Assembly: GCA_964626205.1 (NCBI GenBank)
Contig: CAZVED010000002.1
Span: 23,708 to 87,707, forward strand
DNA from: an uncultured Gammaproteobacteria bacterium
GTDB taxonomy: Bacteria; Patescibacteriota; Patescibacteriia; SG8-24
DNA: 64,000 nucleotides
Direction: 5' to 3'
The notes below the pieces were generated by a model. That model did no database searches. It saw only the letters and a program-made list of their open reading frames with translations, and was not told where the DNA came from. Positions 48,548 to 57,553 of this stretch are shown piece by piece (the first letter of the stretch is position 1; every line of letters begins with the position of its first letter). The translations under genes and the position numbers were made by a program.

Positions 48548-49273
48548 TTACTCAGCCGATGCAGCCGGCGCTTCCGAAGCGGATGCTCCCCTGTTCAGGA
48601 TGAGGTTGAAGTGGTCGAGCAAAATGCGGACCGTCGCGTCGACCGCCTCTTCCGGGGTGATCGTACCGTCCGTCTCAATGTCCATGATGAGCTTGTCGAA
48701 GTTCGTGATATCGCCGACGCGGACGTTCTCCACCTTGAAGCCGACCTCCTTGACCGGCGTGTAGACGGCGTCCATGACAATGACGCCGAGCTCGGCCTTC
48801 TCCTTGGCGCGCTCCTCGACCGTGTCGTACCCACGACCCTTCGCGACGAAGATCTCCATCGAGAGCGTGGACTTGTCGTCCGTGATGGTCGCGATCTCGA
48901 GGTCCGGGTTCGCAATCTCGACGTCGGAGTTCGCTTCGATGTCCTTCGCCTTCACAGCGCCCTTGCCCTTCTTCTTGAGGATGAGGCGCATCGGCTCGTC
49001 GGTGTGGAGACGAAGACGGAGTGCCTTGAGGTTGAGGACGATCTCGAGCACGTCTTCCTTGACGCCGTCGAGCGCGTCGAATTCATGCGTGACGCCGTCA
49101 ATCTTCACCGCCGTCACCGCCGCACCCGGCAGCGAGGAGAGCAGCACGCGACGAAGCGCGTTGCTGAGCGTGGTGCCGTACCCGTGGAAGCAGGGGCTGA
49201 TCGTGAGCGTGGCCCGGTTCGCGGTCTCACCGGGAGTGATCTCGATCTTGGACGGGAGTAAGAGTTCTTGCAT
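48548..49273 (-). CDS. rpoA: DNA-directed RNA polymerase alpha subunit, N-terminal domain only (241 aa)
   Basis: Has alpha-NTD dimerisation and beta/beta' assembly motifs (...DGVTHEFDALDGV...TDGTITPEEAV...). The ORF stops about 10 aa after the NTD, only 10 nt before rplQ. Confidence 0.85.
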   Translation of the reverse strand: MQELLLPSKIEITPGETANRATLTISPCFHGYGTTLSNALRRVLLSSLPGAAVTAVKIDGVTHEFDALDGVKEDVLEIVLNLKALRLRLHTDEPMRLILKKKGKGAVKAKDIEANSDVEIANPDLEIATITDDKSTLSMEIFVAKGRGYDTVEERAKEKAELGVIVMDAVYTPVKEVGFKVENVRVGDITNFDKLIMDIETDGTITPEEAVDATVRILLDHFNLILNRGASASEAPAASAE

Positions 49274-49294
49274 AGTGGTGTCGGCAATGAGCGA

Positions 49295-49924
49295 TTAGCG
49301 AGAGTAGAATTCGACGATCAGGCGCGGGTCGAAGCCCTGCTTGAGGTCCTCACCGGACGGCAGGCTCACGACCTTGCCGGAGTGATCCGCGAGGTCGACG
49401 TGGAGCCAGCCTGGGGCCTGGTGCTTCTCCATGCGCTGCGCATCGTTCGCAAGGAGCTTGCTCTTGAGCGCACCCTTGGAGAGCGAGACGACATCGCCAG
49501 GCTTCACCTGGTAGGACGCGATCGTCACGCGGGAGCCGTTGACGAGCACGTGGCCGTGGCTGCAGAGCTGGCGAGCGAGGGCGCGGGACTTGCCGAAGCC
49601 AAGGCGGTACACGACGTTGTCGAGACGCGACTCGAGCTTGCGGACGAGGATTTCACCGGTGTTGCCCTTCATGCCGATAGCCTTCTCGAAGTAGCCGCGG
49701 AACTGGCGCTCCATGAGGCCGTAGGTGTTGCGGGCTTTCTGCTTCTCACGAAGCTGAGTGCCGAACGGGGTCGGGCGCGTGCGCGAAGTCGGACCGTGGA
49801 CACCCGGTTTGAAGGGGCGCTTCACCATGCCGCACTTGGTCGTGAAGCAGCGCTCTCCCTTGAGGTAGAGCTTCTCGCCTTCACGGCGGCACTGCTTGCA
49901 TTTCGGTTCAAGACGTTTAGCCAT
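49295..49924 (-). CDS. rpsD: 30S ribosomal protein S4
   Basis: Zn-ribbon-like N-terminus CKQCRREGEKLYLKGERC and S4 RNA-binding domain. Confidence 0.92.
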   Translation of the reverse strand: MAKRLEPKCKQCRREGEKLYLKGERCFTTKCGMVKRPFKPGVHGPTSRTRPTPFGTQLREKQKARNTYGLMERQFRGYFEKAIGMKGNTGEILVRKLESRLDNVVYRLGFGKSRALARQLCSHGHVLVNGSRVTIASYQVKPGDVVSLSKGALKSKLLANDAQRMEKHQAPGWLHVDLADHSGKVVSLPSGEDLKQGFDPRLIVEFYSR

Positions 49925-49935
49925 AGTGGTGGTGA

Positions 49936-50406
49936 TCAGACGCGGCGCGGCTTCGGAGCGCGGCAGCCGTTATGCGGGATAGGAGTCATGTCCTTGATGC
50001 CAGTGACGGCGATGCCGTTGGCGTGCAGGGCGCGGACCGCGGCCTCGCGGCCGGAACCGATACCTTTGACGTAGACGGCGACCTCCTTGAGGCCGGACTC
50101 CTTGATCTTGTCGCAGACGTCCTTCACGATCACGCTCGCGGCGTATGGAGTGGCCTTCTTCGGGCCACGGAACCCTACTGCGCCTGCTGAGGACCAACCG
50201 AGCACGTTGCCGTTGGCGTCAGTCATCGTCACGATGGTGTTGTTGTAGCTGGCGTGCACATAAGCGCGGCCAGACGACACCTTCTTGATGGCCTTCTTCT
50301 TACCACGGCGTGCGGCTGCCTTGGCAGCGCTCACGCCCTTCTCCTCCGCGGAAGCTGCAGCCGGAGCCGCAGTATCCGTCGGGATTGTCATGTTAAGCTC
50401 ATCCAT
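49936..50406 (-). CDS. rpsK: 30S ribosomal protein S11 with N-terminal extension
   Basis: Core is GRAYVHASYNNTIVTMTD...GSGREAAVRAL. Confidence 0.92.
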   Translation of the reverse strand: MDELNMTIPTDTAAPAAASAEEKGVSAAKAAARRGKKKAIKKVSSGRAYVHASYNNTIVTMTDANGNVLGWSSAGAVGFRGPKKATPYAASVIVKDVCDKIKESGLKEVAVYVKGIGSGREAAVRALHANGIAVTGIKDMTPIPHNGCRAPKPRRV

Positions 50407-50409
50407 AGA

Positions 50410-50796
50410 TTACTTCTTTTCGATCTTGGTCTTACCGGAGCCCATGGTCTTGCGGACGTTGCCGCGGACCGTACGGGAGTTCGTCTTGCTGCGCTGGCCG
50501 CGGGCCGGAAGACCGAGGGCATGGCGCGAGCCGCGATAGCTGCCGATGTCGCGCAGGCGCTTGATGTTGCTTGCGACGAGACGGCGGAGGTCGCCTTCCA
50601 CGCGGAAGTGCTTTTCGATCTCGGTGCGGAGGTCGCCGACCTGCTCGACAGTGAGGTCGTTCGCCTTGATGGAACGGTCGATCTTCATCTTGTCGAGAAT
50701 CTCGTGCGAACGGCTCAGGCCGATGCCGTAGACGTACGTGAGCGCGATCTCGATGCGTTTGTTGGGGAGCGTGACTCCCGCGATGCGTGCTGCCAT
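50410..50796 (-). CDS. rpsM: 30S ribosomal protein S13
   Basis: Starts [26 protein letters not shown]. Confidence 0.92.
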   Translation of the reverse strand: MAARIAGVTLPNKRIEIALTYVYGIGLSRSHEILDKMKIDRSIKANDLTVEQVGDLRTEIEKHFRVEGDLRRLVASNIKRLRDIGSYRGSRHALGLPARGQRSKTNSRTVRGNVRKTMGSGKTKIEKK

Positions 50797-50801
50797 AGGG
50801 C

Positions 50802-50915
50802 TTATCCCTGACGTTGCTTATGCTTCTTGATCTTGCAGTTCACGACGACGCGGTTGAACCGGCGCGTGACGATGCAGTTGCGGCAAATCTTCTTGACGGA
50901 TGCTCGGACTTTCAT
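50802..50915 (-). CDS. rpmJ: 50S ribosomal protein L36 (37 aa), not on ORF track
   Basis: Reverse-complement translation is [37 protein letters not shown]. The C-x2-C...C...H zinc ribbon is conserved, and it lies between rpsM and infA as usual. Confidence 0.85.
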   Translation of the reverse strand: MKVRASVKKICRNCIVTRRFNRVVVNCKIKKHKQRQG

Positions 50916-51026
50916 GGTAGTCGGATTACGGACGGTAAATAACAGAGAACCACCTCTTTCGAAGGTGGGAGCAGCTGCCACGCCAAGAAGCGTGTCGACT
51001 GTCCTACTCTGATTCGGTTTCCCAAA

Positions 51027-51326
51027 TCAGTATCGAAAGACAATTCTTCCTTTCGTCAGGTCGTACGGGGTCATCTCCACTTTCACTTCATCGCCAGGAA
51101 GGAGGCGGATGCGGAACATCCGCATCTTTCCTGCCAAGTGACACAGGATGACCTGACCGTTAGTCAGCCGGACCCTGAAGGTCGCAGCTGGCAACGATTC
51201 CTCGATCGTCCCGTCCATTTCGATGAAGCCTTTGGAGAGCTCTTGGGCTCCGGTTTCGGAGACCTCCGCCTTGTCCTGCTTCTTCTTTCTTTTTTTACGC
51301 GGTGGGCGTTTTCGGTATCCAGCCAT
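51027..51326 (-). CDS. infA: Translation initiation factor IF-1 with Lys/Arg-rich N-terminal extension
   Basis: Start [19 protein letters not shown], then the S1-like core ...[65 protein letters not shown]. Confidence 0.85.
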   Translation of the reverse strand: MAGYRKRPPRKKRKKKQDKAEVSETGAQELSKGFIEMDGTIEESLPAATFRVRLTNGQVILCHLAGKMRMFRIRLLPGDEVKVEMTPYDLTKGRIVFRY

Positions 51327-51448
51327 AACGGCGTTACTATACCGAATGGTACGAAAATCATCAAGGGCCTGGCCAAGGGTCGACAAGGCTCTTGAAACGC
51401 GGTCACCTTAGCCCTAATCTCGGAGGCCGTCAAGACCCCGAATTAAGC

Positions 51449-53305
51449 TTAATCCGGAACAACGGCCTTGATGCGCCGGATGCCGGAGGAGGACGCTTCT
51501 TCCTTCTTAATGGAGAATCCCTTCACAATGCCGGTGTGCTCCACGTGCGGACCGCCGCAGATTTCCTTGGAGAAGTACCCCTGTGCATCATCGCCAACGC
51601 GGTAGACCTTCACCTGATTTCCGAGGGCGGCGTACTTGTCATCGAAGAGGCCAATGACGCCTTCGGCCTTGGCCTCGTCCACCGTCATGGTGGTGAAGGT
51701 CATGGGAAGGTCTTTGCGGATTTGCTCGTTGACCATCTCCTCCACAGCCTTCACTTGTTCTGGTGTCATTTTTTCGCCGTGGGCGAAATCGAAACGGAGG
51801 CGCTCCTGCGTGATGTTGCTCCCCTTCTGCTCAACGTGCGGACCGAGTACGTTGCGAAGCGCCTGGTGCAACAAGTGCGTCGCCGTGTGCATACGGACCA
51901 CTTTCTCTGAGTGGTCGGCGAGACCGCCCGCAAACTTCTGCTCCGCTCCTTTGCGGGACAGGTCCTGATGCGCCTTCATGGCCGCGTCCCATCCGGCAGA
52001 GTCCACCTTCTTGCCGGTCACCTCTTCGGTGAGCTCCTTCGGGAAACCGAACGATTCATATAAATAGAACGCCTTGTCGCCGGGTATGACGTCTCCCGCG
52101 CTCTCGCCGAGCACCTTCTGCGCTTCCTTGAGGCCACGCTCCAGGGTGGCAGAGAACTTCTCTTCTTCCTTGGCGAGCTCGTCCATGATGCGCGCGCGGT
52201 TCGTCGCGAGCTCGGAGTAGTGCGCCTCGTACATGGCAACGACCGCCTCCGCGACCTTCGGCGTGAACACGCCCTCGATACCGATCTGGCGACCGAAGCG
52301 CACCGCACGACGAATGAGCCGGCGGACGATGTAGCCCTGGTCGGTGTTGGACGGTCCGACACCGCGAGCATCGCCGATGATCATCGTCGCGGTCTTCACG
52401 TGATCCGCGATGATGCGCATGGCGCGGATATCGTCTGGTGCGGCGCCGATGTACGTCTTGCCGGAGAGGCTTTCGATTGTCGCGAGAATACTCGTGAATA
52501 CATCGGTCTCGAACACCGTCTCCGCCTTCTGCAGCATCATCGCCATGCGCTCCAAGCCCATGCCAGTGTCCACGTTCGGCTTCGCAAGCGGCTCAAGCGT
52601 ACCTTCCGCCGTCTTGTTGAATTGCATGAACACGTCGTTCCAGATCTCGACGTACCGGCCGCAGTCGCAGTTCGGGTGGCAGGCTTCCTCGCCGTTCCAT
52701 CCCTGTGCGTGCGTCTTGGAATCCGCGAGATCCAACGTGTCATAGAACATCTCCGTATCTGGACCACATGGACCCGTGAGCCCGGCCGGACCCCACCAAT
52801 TCTTTCCCTTCGGATAGGCAAAGATGCGCTCCCCGACCTTGGCCTCGATGCCGGCCTTGGCGAACTGCGCCTGCCAGATGCGGATGGAGTCTTCGTCGAG
52901 CGGAGCAATCTCGTCACCCTCGAAGACAGAGACGTACAAGCGCTTCGGGTCGAGACCGAACCCGTCCGGCTGCGCGCCAGTCAGCAACTCAAAGCTCCAA
53001 GCGATGGTGTCGTCCTTGAAGTAGTCGCCGAGTGACCAGTTACCGAGCATCTCGAAGAACGTGAGGTGACGATTGTCGCCCACCTCGTCGATATCGCCGG
53101 TACGCACGCACTTCTGCGCGTCTGCCAAGCGTTTGCCCTGCGGATGCGGCTCACCGAGCAGATACGGGACGAGCGGATGCATGCCCGCCGTCGTAAACAG
53201 CACGGTCGGATCATTCTCCGGAATGAGTGAAGCCGACGGGATCACCGAATGACCACGCTGCTCGAAAAAGCGCAAAAAGGTTGAGCGGATCTGGTCACCC
53301 GTCAT
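51449..53305 (-). CDS. alaS: Alanyl-tRNA synthetase, short form lacking the C-terminal C-Ala domain
   Basis: Catalytic core (FTTAGMHPLVPY...RHLTFFEMLGNWSLGDYFK) and editing domain (HTATHLLHQAL...CGGPHVEHTG). Length is 618 aa. Confidence 0.88.
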   Translation of the reverse strand: MTGDQIRSTFLRFFEQRGHSVIPSASLIPENDPTVLFTTAGMHPLVPYLLGEPHPQGKRLADAQKCVRTGDIDEVGDNRHLTFFEMLGNWSLGDYFKDDTIAWSFELLTGAQPDGFGLDPKRLYVSVFEGDEIAPLDEDSIRIWQAQFAKAGIEAKVGERIFAYPKGKNWWGPAGLTGPCGPDTEMFYDTLDLADSKTHAQGWNGEEACHPNCDCGRYVEIWNDVFMQFNKTAEGTLEPLAKPNVDTGMGLERMAMMLQKAETVFETDVFTSILATIESLSGKTYIGAAPDDIRAMRIIADHVKTATMIIGDARGVGPSNTDQGYIVRRLIRRAVRFGRQIGIEGVFTPKVAEAVVAMYEAHYSELATNRARIMDELAKEEEKFSATLERGLKEAQKVLGESAGDVIPGDKAFYLYESFGFPKELTEEVTGKKVDSAGWDAAMKAHQDLSRKGAEQKFAGGLADHSEKVVRMHTATHLLHQALRNVLGPHVEQKGSNITQERLRFDFAHGEKMTPEQVKAVEEMVNEQIRKDLPMTFTTMTVDEAKAEGVIGLFDDKYAALGNQVKVYRVGDDAQGYFSKEICGGPHVEHTGIVKGFSIKKEEASSSGIRRIKAVVPD

Positions 53306-53320
53306 ACGGCCGCGAGACGG

Positions 53321-53947
53321 TTAGTTGCACTCGCCGGACATGTCGCCGTGGCAGCGCCAGGCGGACTCCGAACCGTTCAGGAGCACGCGGAACGTCGGTT
53401 TGAAGCGGCGAATCGTCCCCTCGATCTGCTCCTTGATGCGCGGGTCGTCACAAGCCCCACCGGAGACGATGTTGCCTGTGATACGAACTTCGGTCGTGAT
53501 GCCGTCCGGACTGCGGATGTCGTCCACCGCGAGCTCGGAATACGCCAGACTGTTATGCAGGCCTCCGACGTTGGAATCGCGTACGGCGAAGAGCGTCGCA
53601 AGCGCGTCGAGCATGGTGTTGCCCGTAGCGGTCTCGCGCGTCATCTGCACGACGACCGGACGGTCGTTGCAGCCGATGACCTCGCCAGGCAGGACGCCAG
53701 TCGGGGCTTCGGCGCCTTCGGTCAGAATCATGACCACGCCGACCTCGTTCGTCATGCGTTCGTTTTCCTCGTTCGCGCGAGCACGCTGCTCGGCAGAGAG
53801 GTCGCCGGCCTTCTCAAGCGCTTCGAACGGAACCGTAACGGGACGCAAGGCGTCGTCAACAACTTTGTCTGCGGCAGGCACGCAACCGGCACCGACGAAC
53901 AAAAGGGTCGTAAGGAGAGCGGAAAGACGCGAAATAGTGATATGCAT
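53321..53947 (-). CDS. Lipoprotein, possibly GerMN-domain-like
   Basis: Starts MHITISRLSALLTTLLFVGAGC (lipobox). Confidence 0.45.
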   Translation of the reverse strand: MHITISRLSALLTTLLFVGAGCVPAADKVVDDALRPVTVPFEALEKAGDLSAEQRARANEENERMTNEVGVVMILTEGAEAPTGVLPGEVIGCNDRPVVVQMTRETATGNTMLDALATLFAVRDSNVGGLHNSLAYSELAVDDIRSPDGITTEVRITGNIVSGGACDDPRIKEQIEGTIRRFKPTFRVLLNGSESAWRCHGDMSGECN

Positions 53948-53984
53948 ATGCTCCTAGGGTACCGCAGGTCCCGGGGAATTTCAA

Positions 53985-54012
53985 CAAAAAAACCGCCCGT
54001 GGAAAACGGGCG
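53985..54012 (-). terminator. Intrinsic terminator of the 54022-54300 gene
   Basis: CCGCCCG-ttttcca-CGGGCGG followed by TTTTTTTG on the minus strand. Confidence 0.55.
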
Positions 54013-54021
54013 GAAATAAGG

Positions 54022-54300
54022 TCAGGAAATGTCGGCGAGTACGGAAATGTCACGAAAGGCATAGTACCCGAACAGCGCAAGCATGACGATGGCGATGAGA
54101 CTCACACCGCCCAAGACGATACTTGCGCCGGAGATGACGCAGAGCATCAACTCGCCGATGATGGCGAACCGCAGGGCGAGCTTCGCTTTGCGGACATCGC
54201 CTGCAGGAAGGAACTTCTTGTACGCCAGAACATGCCCGCCGAGTGCGAGTAAGAACCACAACGTCTGCATGCCAAGTATGAGCTGAATGAGTGATCCCAT
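54022..54300 (-). CDS. Small 3-TM membrane protein (92 aa)
   Basis: Hydrophobic throughout (MGSLIQLILGMQTLWFLLALGG...). Confidence 0.45.
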   Translation of the reverse strand: MGSLIQLILGMQTLWFLLALGGHVLAYKKFLPAGDVRKAKLALRFAIIGELMLCVISGASIVLGGVSLIAIVMLALFGYYAFRDISVLADIS

Positions 54301-54383
54301 ACCATACCTCTCTCGAAAGAACGGAGTTCCGTAACCCTAGCGCACCTCCAAGATAAAGAAAACCGTCCTAGAATAAGGCGGTT

Positions 54384-55478
54384 TCAGGCAATGACTCCCC
54401 CACCAAGGCAGATATCACCATCGTAGAGCACGGCGAACTGACCCGAAGAAACCGCGCGTTGACGTTCAGTGAAGACGAGGTCGTAGCCGTCATCGCTCCA
54501 CTGCACGCGAACGTCTTGCAGTGGCTGGCGGTAGCGAATGCGCGCCTGGCAGGTAAAAGGGGCCTCCGGAGCGGTTCCGCTCACCCAATGCATGTCGTCG
54601 AGCATGACGACGTCGCGATACAGCGCCTCCGGATCCTCCCCGCGTGCCACGACGAGCGTATTGGTGGCAGACTGTTTGTCCACCACGTACGCCGGTTCCC
54701 CGCCACCGAGGCCGAGCCCATGGCGCTGCCCAACGGTGAACGGCGCAATGCCTTCGTGCCGACCAATGACCGCACCAGCGGTGTCCACGATGTCGCCCGG
54801 CCGCTGCGCGACATGCGGCGCAAGAAACGTCTTCATGTCCACTTTGCCGATGAAGCACAACCCCTGACTGTCCTTCTTTTCCGCGGTCGGTAAGCCCGCC
54901 TCGCGCGCCAAGCGGCGCACGTCCGGCTTCTCCAAGTGCCCGATCGGAAAAAGTGCGCGCGACAATTGCTCCTGATTGAGGCGGTGCAGGAAATACGACT
55001 GGTCCTTATTGAGGTCGGTGCCCGCCAGCAATTGCACCTTACCGTCGGCACCCTTGCCAATGCGCGCGTAATGCCCGGTCGCGATCATGTCTGCTCCGTC
55101 TGCAAGCGCACGCTCGAGGAACACGTCGAACTTCACGAGATTGTTGCAAAGCACGTCCGGATTCGGCGTGCGACCTTCGGCGTATTCACGAATCATGTAC
55201 GCGAAAACGCGCTCGCGGTACTCGGCCTCAAGGTCATAGGTGAGGAACGGAATATCCAAGTGGGCCGCGACCCGCATGGCGTCCCGGCGTTCCAGTTTCC
55301 AACCACATTCCTCACCCGCAGCATCTGCCGCCTCATCCGACCAGTTCTTCATGTAGACACCCGTGACCTCGTAGCCATCACGCATAAGCAAAAACGCAGC
55401 GACAGATGAGTCGACGCCGCCAGAGAGTCCGACGAACACTTTTTGCTTCTTGTTCTCCATAACGCACGACGATACCAT
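54384..55478 (-). CDS. mnmA: tRNA-specific 2-thiouridylase MnmA
   Basis: PP-loop VFVGLSGGVDSSVAAFLL and catalytic Cys (...GLCFIGK...). An alternative start is at 55460. Confidence 0.88.
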   Translation of the reverse strand: MVSSCVMENKKQKVFVGLSGGVDSSVAAFLLMRDGYEVTGVYMKNWSDEAADAAGEECGWKLERRDAMRVAAHLDIPFLTYDLEAEYRERVFAYMIREYAEGRTPNPDVLCNNLVKFDVFLERALADGADMIATGHYARIGKGADGKVQLLAGTDLNKDQSYFLHRLNQEQLSRALFPIGHLEKPDVRRLAREAGLPTAEKKDSQGLCFIGKVDMKTFLAPHVAQRPGDIVDTAGAVIGRHEGIAPFTVGQRHGLGLGGGEPAYVVDKQSATNTLVVARGEDPEALYRDVVMLDDMHWVSGTAPEAPFTCQARIRYRQPLQDVRVQWSDDGYDLVFTERQRAVSSGQFAVLYDGDICLGGGVIA

Positions 55479-55516
55479 GTCCGACCTACCCTTTCAAGCA
55501 GTGGGCCGGGACACGG

Positions 55517-56080
55517 CTACTTGCGTGCGCCGATGAGGTCGCGAACCTGGGACCAATCCCCTGCCACGTCGTATCCTTCTTCGATGCTCAGCTGAGGGCT
55601 CACACCATGATGGTCGAGCAGAACGCGCTTCATGCGCGGTGAAAGCGACTGTAGCACTTCGAGCTGGTCGTCGACGAATGCGGTGATGCCGAGACGGTCA
55701 CAAATCGCGCGCTTGTCTTTCTTGGATTCACAGAAAAACATCCGCTCGGCAGGGATGATGTCGAACACGCCGTGCTTCATGAGCCACTGCTGCGCGTACC
55801 GGACGGACTTGAGCCGTCGTGCGGAGACGATGTACGGCTCACCGTCGAGCGCGGCAAGATGCTCTAACGCGCCTGGGATAGATGGCGCGTCCCCTGTCAT
55901 CTTGAGATACACCTCGTCAAGCAGCGTCTCATGGTCCTGCTGCGCCATGACGCCGCGCAGGATGTTGGAGTTCGTCTGCCAAGGTTCCAGGGAATACCCA
56001 AGTCGCGCGGCCACCGCGAGCTTATGCGCCGTGTGGTCGATAAGCACCCCGTCCAAATCGATGCCGATCCTGCGTGACAT
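55517..56080 (-). CDS. HAD-superfamily 5'(3')-nucleotidase-like hydrolase
   Basis: Motif I is GIDLDGVL. Motif III/IV is KRAICDRLGITAFVDD. Confidence 0.6.
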   Translation of the reverse strand: MSRRIGIDLDGVLIDHTAHKLAVAARLGYSLEPWQTNSNILRGVMAQQDHETLLDEVYLKMTGDAPSIPGALEHLAALDGEPYIVSARRLKSVRYAQQWLMKHGVFDIIPAERMFFCESKKDKRAICDRLGITAFVDDQLEVLQSLSPRMKRVLLDHHGVSPQLSIEEGYDVAGDWSQVRDLIGARK

Positions 56081-56127
56081 AGGCGTATCTCCTTTCCTTT
56101 CCAGTATAGCCCCTCACGCGAAACCGG

Positions 56128-57543
56128 TCACGTTCTTGGCCGCAAAGGCTCGATAGCCTTCATCGCGGCAGCGACATGCTCCGGTAAGACGTACAGGTTT
56201 GTGAGGTCGATGACCTCGTTGTATTTGTTGAGCAAGGACGAGTGCCGCTCGATTGGCTCATACACCGCCGCCCCGAATACCTTCTTGCGGACGAGCATGG
56301 CCGTTCCTTCCGGATCCGGCGGAGCAGTCGCACCGAGCATCTTTGAAAGGGTCTGACGCGCATCCATGGTGAAGTATGGGACAGCGGCTTCCATAAGCAT
56401 GGCGACAGTTTGCTCCATGAGTGTGCGATCCTCTGCAATCGCATTCGCGGACTGGAGCAGTAACTTCGGCGGACGCCGTTCCGTGAGCCGCCGCGCCCAG
56501 ACGTTCGCAGGGTCCTTCGCTGCACCGAACAACCGTTCGATGAGCGTGGAGTCGCGCAGCTCGGCGTACTCCTCCGCCGTCCCGGGCACGACGAGACTAA
56601 ACTCGCCGTGCTGGAGTGCCTGGTCCAGGTAATGATCGAACGCGGTCGTGGTCTTGTGCATGTAGACCTGGATGAACATGTGATACCGCGCGAGAAGGAA
56701 GTCCTCGAACGTCCGGACTGCCGTCGCATCGATGGTGAGCCGGAGGCCCATCTCATCATGATCGACGACACCAAGATTACCGACCAAATGATCGATGTCG
56801 TGTGCACCATACGCAGCGCCGGTGTGATACGCATCGCGCAGGAGATAATCCATGCGATCGCAATCAAGCTCGCCGGAGATGAGCGAACGCAACAGGCGAC
56901 GGATGCCCTCACGACCTTCCCAGCCGGCACCTGGCGTCACGCCATGGTGCACGAGCGAGGCAATATCCCGCGCTTCGTCTTCTGACAGTGCCGCATCTGG
57001 CCCCTTCGCGAGCGCAGCGATGAGCACGACGGAATAATCCTCATGTTTCGCCTGACGATCCTGGTCGGGATGCTCGAACCAGCCGATAGGAATCTCCAGC
57101 TCGGAGAACGACGGCATGAACTGTTCGGAGACATGGGAAAACGGCGGATGCCCGAGGTCGTGCAGGAGTCCGGAGAGACGGAGTAAGCGACGGAATCGCG
57201 CGAGATCCTCTTCGCTGAAACGCTTACGAAGCACGTCACCGGATGTCGAAACAATACCGTCCCAAAGTCGGCCGGCAACATGCATCGCGCCTAACGCGTG
57301 CGAGAACCGATCATGCGTCGCGCCAGGATAGACAAGGTAGCTCAACCCGAGCTGCCGCACATGACGGAGGCGCTGGACGTACGGATGATCGATAACGCGC
57401 TTCTCGGACTCCGAGAAGCTGATTGTGCGGTGAATGGGGTCGCGAATCTCGAACATAGAAGGAGGCTTAGCGTGAGCTTGAGTATCGTCATCTCGTACCA
57501 TGACACAACCGTAGCATCCGACCAGCGCCTGACAAGAACCCAC
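56128..57543 (-). CDS. HD-domain dNTP triphosphohydrolase (dGTPase/SAMHD1-like)
   Basis: Starts ...IRDPIHRTISF. HD motif is THDRFSHALGAMHVAGRL...LLHDLGHPPFSH. Start is ambiguous among 57543, 57501 and 57456. Confidence 0.75.
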   Translation of the reverse strand: MGSCQALVGCYGCVMVRDDDTQAHAKPPSMFEIRDPIHRTISFSESEKRVIDHPYVQRLRHVRQLGLSYLVYPGATHDRFSHALGAMHVAGRLWDGIVSTSGDVLRKRFSEEDLARFRRLLRLSGLLHDLGHPPFSHVSEQFMPSFSELEIPIGWFEHPDQDRQAKHEDYSVVLIAALAKGPDAALSEDEARDIASLVHHGVTPGAGWEGREGIRRLLRSLISGELDCDRMDYLLRDAYHTGAAYGAHDIDHLVGNLGVVDHDEMGLRLTIDATAVRTFEDFLLARYHMFIQVYMHKTTTAFDHYLDQALQHGEFSLVVPGTAEEYAELRDSTLIERLFGAAKDPANVWARRLTERRPPKLLLQSANAIAEDRTLMEQTVAMLMEAAVPYFTMDARQTLSKMLGATAPPDPEGTAMLVRKKVFGAAVYEPIERHSSLLNKYNEVIDLTNLYVLPEHVAAAMKAIEPLRPRT

Positions 57544-57553
57544 TCAATACGCC

